DNA of 64,000 nucleotides from a virus: IMG/VR virus record IMGVR_UViG_3300032050_000024, positions 32,001 to 96,000 of that record; one strand, 5' to 3'. Shown piece by piece: positions 58,399 to 64,000 of this stretch (position 1 is its first letter; each line of letters starts with the position of its first letter). The notes under the pieces were generated by a model. It saw only the letters and a program-made list of their open reading frames with translations, ran no database searches and was not told where the DNA came from. The position numbers and the translations under genes were made by a program.

Positions 58399-59023
58399 TT
58401 AATCGTTTTAAAAATCTTTCTTTAAATTCTTCAAATCCTTTTTGTACTTTTTCTTCAAACTCCTCCGGAGTCATCTGAGCAGCCCAAGTTTCAGTTTCGC
58501 CATCTGCATTTGTTACAAATTTAGATGCTTGTGTATATGTTTGTTTGAGCATTTCAACATCTTTTTCTGCTTGACGTAACCACGCTTCTGCATTTTGTCG
58601 GACTCTAGTTTTTTCATATTCTTCATATGTTCCTGCTTTGCGCATTTCATGTTCCCATTCAACCGTACAATCAAAACACATACCATTTAGTTTACGCATT
58701 TTTTCATCAATTGATTTTGGATTAAAACATGTACATGAATCTTTACGGCAATTAGGAAATGATCGTATTTCATCTCGTATTTCTTGAAACACTTCTGAAT
58801 TTTTGGTTTTACGAATTCGGAATCCATCTTTTTGTTCAATAACCCAGATCATTCCAGATGAATCTGTTTCTTCCCAAACGTCTCCAATTTCGTGTCGTTC
58901 TGATTTTTTTGCCTGTTCTTTAGCATCAGAAAATCCTACCGACTTTTTTGTTTGAAACTTATGTGTGCCATCAATCATTTGTTGAATGGCTTTGATGTTT
59001 TGTAACTTGTTAGATTTTGACAT
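58373..59023 (-). CDS. Hypothetical protein with Cys cluster
   Basis: CRKDSCTC...CFDC. Confidence 0.7.
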   Translation of the reverse strand: MSKSNKLQNIKAIQQMIDGTHKFQTKKSVGFSDAKEQAKKSERHEIGDVWEETDSSGMIWVIEQKDGFRIRKTKNSEVFQEIRDEIRSFPNCRKDSCTCFNPKSIDEKMRKLNGMCFDCTVEWEHEMRKAGTYEEYEKTRVRQNAEAWLRQAEKDVEMLKQTYTQASKFVTNADGETETWAAQMTPEEFEEKVQKGFEEFKERFLKRLNGENDENN

Positions 59024-59026
59024 ATA

Positions 59027-59887
59027 TTATTTATTATTTGAACTTGATCCTAATTTAGATAATTTCTTATTAGATGTAATTTTGAACATTTTCCAAATAT
59101 TTGCTTGATCTTCAACTTCGGCATCTTTTAAAGAAATATTTAAAACTTTGATAATTGATTTTAATTTTGCAATATTTCCTTCTTGTTTTTTAAGATATTG
59201 TACAAATCGATCTATATCTAAAGCTTCTTTTGTTTCTGGTGAAACTTGTTTTTCTGCTGCAGCATCAGGTGCTGGAGTTTCGCCGGCCGGCGGTGGTGTA
59301 GTTGAAGCCGGCGGCGTTTCAGCTGATGCATCTGGGGCTGCAGGTTCTGCTGGTTCTGGTGCATCAGTTTCTGGAGTGGGAGCTGCAGGTTCTGCTGGTT
59401 CTGGAGTTGTAGGCTCTGCCGGTTCTGGAGTTGTAGGCTCTGCCGGTTCTGGGGCGTCATCTTTTTTTTCTTGTTCTAGTAAAACTTTAACAATTTTTCT
59501 ACGAACATATTCTCTAACTAAACGTTCTCTTTGTTCTCTAGTTAAATTTTCTATTTTATCTTTGATAACTCCAGATATTTCTTTTTCTTCTGCATCTTGT
59601 CGTTTCTTTAAACGTTTTGCGGCAGTTTTTGGTTCCCATTCTCCATTTTCTAAATCATCATATAAACGATCATCAGCATTGTATTTTACATCATACTTAC
59701 CATCATCTTGCATCATTTTATCTGTTTTACGCAAAACATTAAGTTGTTTATCTCCAGTAGATTTAGGATTCAAACCGCCTTTTTTATCATCATGAGTATA
59801 TGATTTAAGGTCTTTACGAGGGGTTGGTTTTTGTGATTTTTCTAAATCTTTTGGTGCTTTGTATTTGCTCTTATGTTTTTCAGCCAT
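59027..59887 (-). CDS. Hypothetical protein with Pro/Ala/Glu-rich linker
   Basis: PEPAEPTT repeats; SD and ATATTTAT motif upstream. Confidence 0.75.
   Translation of the reverse strand: MAEKHKSKYKAPKDLEKSQKPTPRKDLKSYTHDDKKGGLNPKSTGDKQLNVLRKTDKMMQDDGKYDVKYNADDRLYDDLENGEWEPKTAAKRLKKRQDAEEKEISGVIKDKIENLTREQRERLVREYVRRKIVKVLLEQEKKDDAPEPAEPTTPEPAEPTTPEPAEPAAPTPETDAPEPAEPAAPDASAETPPASTTPPPAGETPAPDAAAEKQVSPETKEALDIDRFVQYLKKQEGNIAKLKSIIKVLNISLKDAEVEDQANIWKMFKITSNKKLSKLGSSSNNK
59397..59444. repeat. 24-bp tandem duplication encoding AEPTTPEP
   Basis: ggttctggagttgtaggctctgcc x2. Confidence 0.9.
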
Positions 59888-59920
59888 TACTTGTCCTATT
59901 TTTTCATATAAATATAAATA

Positions 59921-61945
59921 TCACCGTGCGTACTTTAATACCCCTAGTATTTGATTAACTGGTGCAAATGCTCCTGTGAGCTTGTATGTATTGCCCCCAT
60001 ATACAAATACTACGCCTTCAGATGGTACAATTGCTTCAAATCCGCCTAACCGTTGTATACGTTTTAATTCATGTTCTAGCTTTTTAATGCTATTAATATC
60101 TTGGGTTGTTTCTAATTCTCTAATTAGATCAGCTAAATCTTTTTTCAATTCCTGTACAGATTGTGATGGATTAGCTGCTAAGAAATTTTCTGCATTACGT
60201 AATACAACTGCACCTAACCGTAGAAATATGCTTTCAAATGGTTCCATGTTTTGTTTGTAATACGTTTTAAAATCTTTTTTATCAAATTCAGTTACCCATG
60301 CAGAAAATTCTGGATTTGTGATTTGTTTTTTAAGTGCGGCAATGTTTGCGGATTTGTCAAAAAATGCCCATCGATTGATTAATGCTGTTAATATTTCAGC
60401 CGGGATGTCATATCCTAAGCCTTGTGCTTTTTCTCGTATTACATCTCCCCACCACGCTTTATGATAGTCAGAAACTAGATCCGTATCTTTCAATTTATAT
60501 CTAGAACGTAATTGATCTACTTCATTAAAAAATGCAGCTTGTTGATCTTCAAAGTCTGCTAATCTACCAATTTTGATTCGTTGCGGCGGAATAAATGAAA
60601 ATGTTTTTTGTAAGTGTGCATTTGCATCTTGAATAATTCCTTGCAAGGCTCCTCCTCCAGTTAAGTCTGTTTGCATGGTATTACCTGCTTCATCATATTC
60701 AACTAGATTGTGAAATTGTAATACTGCAACATCATATGAAATTACATTTTTAGTTGCAGGATAAATAATTTCCATGTTAGCAAATACTCGTCCATTTTTA
60801 AAAATACCATTTAATACGTTCGGATCTACGCGATTAAATGCTTCTGCTAAATCTTCTGCTGCGTTGCCGAATGCATCTGATATAGGACCTCTACCTCCAA
60901 ACTTGTCCTGTATTTCTTGTACTGACATTGGATTGATTACAGTACCTTTATTTCTAGCAAATCCAATTTGTCCGTTTTTATATGTTACTTGAATATTTTG
61001 ACCATCAGTTTTTTCAGTTACTGCCGATTCAATGTCTAAATAACCTCCTAATGCTCTAGAAATAATTTCTTTAACATCGCCGAATGAAAGTGCATGATCA
61101 TCATAAGGATGAGCCATATGTCCTGCTGCCCCACCTTCTTTTATTATTTGAATTGCTTCTGTTAATGGAACTCCAAATATAGTTTTGTCAAAATCTTTAA
61201 AATCATATACAAATGGTTTTGCAATGTTTGAATCTAAAAATTTTCTTAATTTTTTAATTTTTGCATCGTGTTTTGCTGCAGTTTTAGGATCCATATATCC
61301 TTCAACTACTTTGTTAACTTCTGATACTAATTGTTTAGCCCACCATTCTTTTGAAAATAATGATTCTTGCAGTCCTGTTAATATTTGCCAAACATTTTTA
61401 ACTTCAGAATCATTTTGTGCGGGATATGATGCTCGAAATGTTGCATAATCATTATTAGCAATTGCTGCCCGTACGGTTGATGCTGATATTGGTTCTCCGT
61501 TTTTATATAGTAATGGATCAATATCTAAATTTAATTCTGTTGCATCAACTCCTGCAGGAATTGTACGTCCGGAGCGATCTCCTACGGTTTTATATTTATC
61601 TACATTTGGAACAAAGTCTTTTGCTCGTACGTAATCATCTCCTTTTGTTGATGCTGCCATAGCATATCGTCCCGTTGCATCTTGCGGCAATGCAAATAAA
61701 TATTCATACGCTGCCATAATAGGAGAATTAAATTGAGTAGGTTGAATTTCAATGTTCGGATTGCGATTAATTAAATTGAATATTTCAATTGTTTTTTCTC
61801 TAGTAATACCGTCTCGATCTTTTGGGCCAATTAAAAGAATTACCTTATCTGTATCAGGATGCTGTGCATAACGTTCAGCTAATGCTAAATGAGCTCCTGT
61901 TAATGGTTTAAATCCTCCTGGAAATAATGTTATTATTTTGTTCAT
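59921..61945 (-). CDS. Fusion of a cytidylyltransferase-like domain and a ligase-like nucleotidyltransferase domain
   Basis: N-terminal FPGGFKPLTGAH and ISASTVR; C-terminal TEKTDGQN, NMEII, SEGVVF, YKLTG. Confidence 0.65.
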   Translation of the reverse strand: MNKIITLFPGGFKPLTGAHLALAERYAQHPDTDKVILLIGPKDRDGITREKTIEIFNLINRNPNIEIQPTQFNSPIMAAYEYLFALPQDATGRYAMAASTKGDDYVRAKDFVPNVDKYKTVGDRSGRTIPAGVDATELNLDIDPLLYKNGEPISASTVRAAIANNDYATFRASYPAQNDSEVKNVWQILTGLQESLFSKEWWAKQLVSEVNKVVEGYMDPKTAAKHDAKIKKLRKFLDSNIAKPFVYDFKDFDKTIFGVPLTEAIQIIKEGGAAGHMAHPYDDHALSFGDVKEIISRALGGYLDIESAVTEKTDGQNIQVTYKNGQIGFARNKGTVINPMSVQEIQDKFGGRGPISDAFGNAAEDLAEAFNRVDPNVLNGIFKNGRVFANMEIIYPATKNVISYDVAVLQFHNLVEYDEAGNTMQTDLTGGGALQGIIQDANAHLQKTFSFIPPQRIKIGRLADFEDQQAAFFNEVDQLRSRYKLKDTDLVSDYHKAWWGDVIREKAQGLGYDIPAEILTALINRWAFFDKSANIAALKKQITNPEFSAWVTEFDKKDFKTYYKQNMEPFESIFLRLGAVVLRNAENFLAANPSQSVQELKKDLADLIRELETTQDINSIKKLEHELKRIQRLGGFEAIVPSEGVVFVYGGNTYKLTGAFAPVNQILGVLKYAR

Positions 61946-61981
61946 GTGATTTATGTTTTATATAAATATTTAAACTATTAT

Positions 61982-64000
61982 TTATTCTCGTATTGGTCCA
62001 ATTGGTAATGGATTTACTACTGATCCTGCAGACCTGCTTGTACGATATACAAAACTTTTTAATTTAAGTACATCACCGGTATTAGGAGAAGTTGTACGTT
62101 CTACAATCATATATATTCTGACATAATAACCTTGAAAATTTTCAAATGTATTAATAAATGCACCTGAAGTAACTTGAACATTACGAGCGCCGCCTTCGGT
62201 GAAAGTAGAGTTTATTGGAGTAATTTGAACTATACTAGAAATTGGCTCTGGAGTACTCCATGAATCATATCCGGTGGTAGTTCCAATACTTCCAGTATAA
62301 CTAGCAGATTGAATGTACCATTTTGCTTGTATAGTTCCACCGGTGCTTGCAGCAGGCGTAAATTCATACATAAAAGAAGATTGTAATCTAGTTTCGCCTG
62401 GCAAAATAAATGTTTCAAATATTGATGCAGTTTGTGGCGATGTTTGTAAATTAACACCGGTGATATTTATTTCATCTCTATTAAAATAAACAACTCGGCC
62501 GATATTTAATCCATCTGCATATTCATTATTTGAATCAAATAAAACATTTCCAGCTGGTCCTAATGTTACAATTGAAGATGCAGTTACATCTCCGTTTGCA
62601 TTCAAGTAAAATCCACTTGATGAAATTTCTAACAATCCGTTACTGCCACTAATATATGTTCCATTCGGATTTCCAAAAAAGAAATTATCTGTTGCAACAT
62701 AAATTTCATTATCAGTTGTTGAATATCTAAAATAGCTACTAGTATTAAGATAAAGTTCTAATCCAACACCAGAGTATGGATTTCCATATTTTGTTAAAGA
62801 GCCACTAAGTGCAGATCCGCTCCATAGTAAAAATCCAGGAAATCCAGCATCAAAACCATCATATCCTAATGATCTAACAAAACCACTGTTTTTATATCCG
62901 GATATTGCAACTCCTGATTCTAAAGAATCTGCAACATACAATGAACCAGTAAGCATTGAATAATCACCATCAATATAACGATTTCCTCCTTGCCATGATT
63001 TATCATAAAGATATGACGTTTGTTTACTTTTTACTCCAGCAACATTGTAATATTCTACTTTGAATGAAATTTGGTTATTTGCTTTATGTGGTGTATTAAT
63101 AAGTGAACGTATTCTAGTATAGTTAGGAGAATATCCGGCATCATTATCTGTTGTAGTTCTAACATCTGCAAATTGCCATTGACCTGATTCTATTACAAAA
63201 AGCAATGAGGCTGCTCCGTCGGCATCAGTTTCAAAATTAAATACTACATCATCAAAACGTTGTGAATCGCTTGTTACTTCTAACTCCCCAATGCGTTTAC
63301 CTATGATTCTAGGTAATTCTTGATTAAAATAATCTGTAGTATCAAATGCAAATGCAGAACCAGAAACATATACTAATACTCTAGGATTAAGTCCTGTTGA
63401 ATCACGTGTTCCTAATGCATCTATTGTTACTTTATATGCAGACTGCGAAATAAATACGCCGGCATAAGCAGGTTTAGTTTCTACAACATGTACTGCATTA
63501 CGTGCTGAAATATCCGTTGCACTTGTTACAGACATTGCATTGTTAAGCGATGCGGTAGTCCAAGTAAGAGTTGGTGCAGTGCTTGCAGTTTTACCTAGAT
63601 ATGTATATGCATCCCAATATGTATTGATAATGCTTTGTGATGTAAATGCGCCAATACTTTGATCTGGAAACAATGATGCTGTGTTTGAAACAAATATTTC
63701 TGTTTCTTCTAATTCAACATCATTAACCAATTCCCATGTTCCAACTGTACCTTTATTGTTAGTATAAACTTTTATTCGCGAAATATCTCCAGTATCTGGA
63801 TCTAATCCTTTTACTTGAACTAATGCAAATGATTGAGAGTTTTCTGTTGCAACATATGTTGGAGATGCTTCATATGTTAATGAAAATGCCGAATATGCAA
63901 AATTTGTATATGTATGTGGAAATATGCTTTGGCTACTATAAACTGTATATTCTTGATCTAACAATGCTGTTGTGCTAGATAATATTTTTTTTATCGTACT
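61982..64000 (-). CDS. Large virion structural protein, truncated by the right window edge
   Basis: Frame is open to position 64000; S/T/G-rich beta-strand composition with ISGS motifs as in the tail proteins. Confidence 0.7.
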   Translation of the reverse strand, partial: STIKKILSSTTALLDQEYTVYSSQSIFPHTYTNFAYSAFSLTYEASPTYVATENSQSFALVQVKGLDPDTGDISRIKVYTNNKGTVGTWELVNDVELEETEIFVSNTASLFPDQSIGAFTSQSIINTYWDAYTYLGKTASTAPTLTWTTASLNNAMSVTSATDISARNAVHVVETKPAYAGVFISQSAYKVTIDALGTRDSTGLNPRVLVYVSGSAFAFDTTDYFNQELPRIIGKRIGELEVTSDSQRFDDVVFNFETDADGAASLLFVIESGQWQFADVRTTTDNDAGYSPNYTRIRSLINTPHKANNQISFKVEYYNVAGVKSKQTSYLYDKSWQGGNRYIDGDYSMLTGSLYVADSLESGVAISGYKNSGFVRSLGYDGFDAGFPGFLLWSGSALSGSLTKYGNPYSGVGLELYLNTSSYFRYSTTDNEIYVATDNFFFGNPNGTYISGSNGLLEISSSGFYLNANGDVTASSIVTLGPAGNVLFDSNNEYADGLNIGRVVYFNRDEINITGVNLQTSPQTASIFETFILPGETRLQSSFMYEFTPAASTGGTIQAKWYIQSASYTGSIGTTTGYDSWSTPEPISSIVQITPINSTFTEGGARNVQVTSGAFINTFENFQGYYVRIYMIVERTTSPNTGDVLKLKSFVYRTSRSAGSVVNPLPIGPIRE

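Noticed and set aside
173-61662. All plus-strand ORFs in the track (e.g. 34206-34751, 36341-37183, 51664-52272, 59148-59795)
   Set aside because: They lie antisense to well-supported minus-strand genes, show no recognisable motifs, and are explained as codon-bias shadows
1-64000. Stop-codon reassignment (alternative genetic code)
   Set aside because: Core genes are full length in code 11, and TAA, TAG and TGA all appear as real stops
1-64000. tRNA or rRNA genes
   Set aside because: Intergenic gaps are short and AT-rich, and I saw no cloverleaf or T-loop signature in them

Overview
This 64 kb window is a gene-dense, AT-rich segment of a large T4-like (myovirus) bacteriophage genome. Essentially every real gene is on the minus strand in standard code 11. 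From right to left (the direction of transcription) it holds: virion and internal-head genes, terminase, portal, prohead protease, a phage ribosomal protein bS21, scaffold and major capsid protein, PhoH, neck and tail-terminator genes, a 1506-aa tail fibre, four tandem paralogous fibre/receptor-binding genes, sheath, tube, tail chaperone, tape measure and baseplate. A replication/nucleotide block follows: PolA-like, gp32, RecA/UvsX, 5'-3' exonuclease, gp41 helicase, class II RNR, PolB, clamp, clamp loader and dUTPase. Interleaved with it is a 7-deazaguanine DNA-modification pathway (FolE, QueD, QueE, a DpdL/QueD-like T-fold protein, a DpdA-like transglycosylase) that includes a glycosyltransferase and has no QueC in this window. 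A Bacteroidota host is inferred from the bS21 C-terminus and a signal-peptide style. The most notable observations are: (1) two adjacent unrelated enzyme domains (ParB-like and ADP-ribosyltransferase-like) with the same N-terminal leader and an identical 16-aa C-terminal tag kept by synonymous-only changes; (2) the DpdA-glycosyltransferase-DpdL module; (3) a likely +1/-2 programmed frameshift in the tail chaperone; (4) two promoter classes, one of which gives bS21 its own transcription unit; (5) an unannotated, translationally coupled 19-aa ORF. All functional calls come from motif recognition by eye; no database searches were run.
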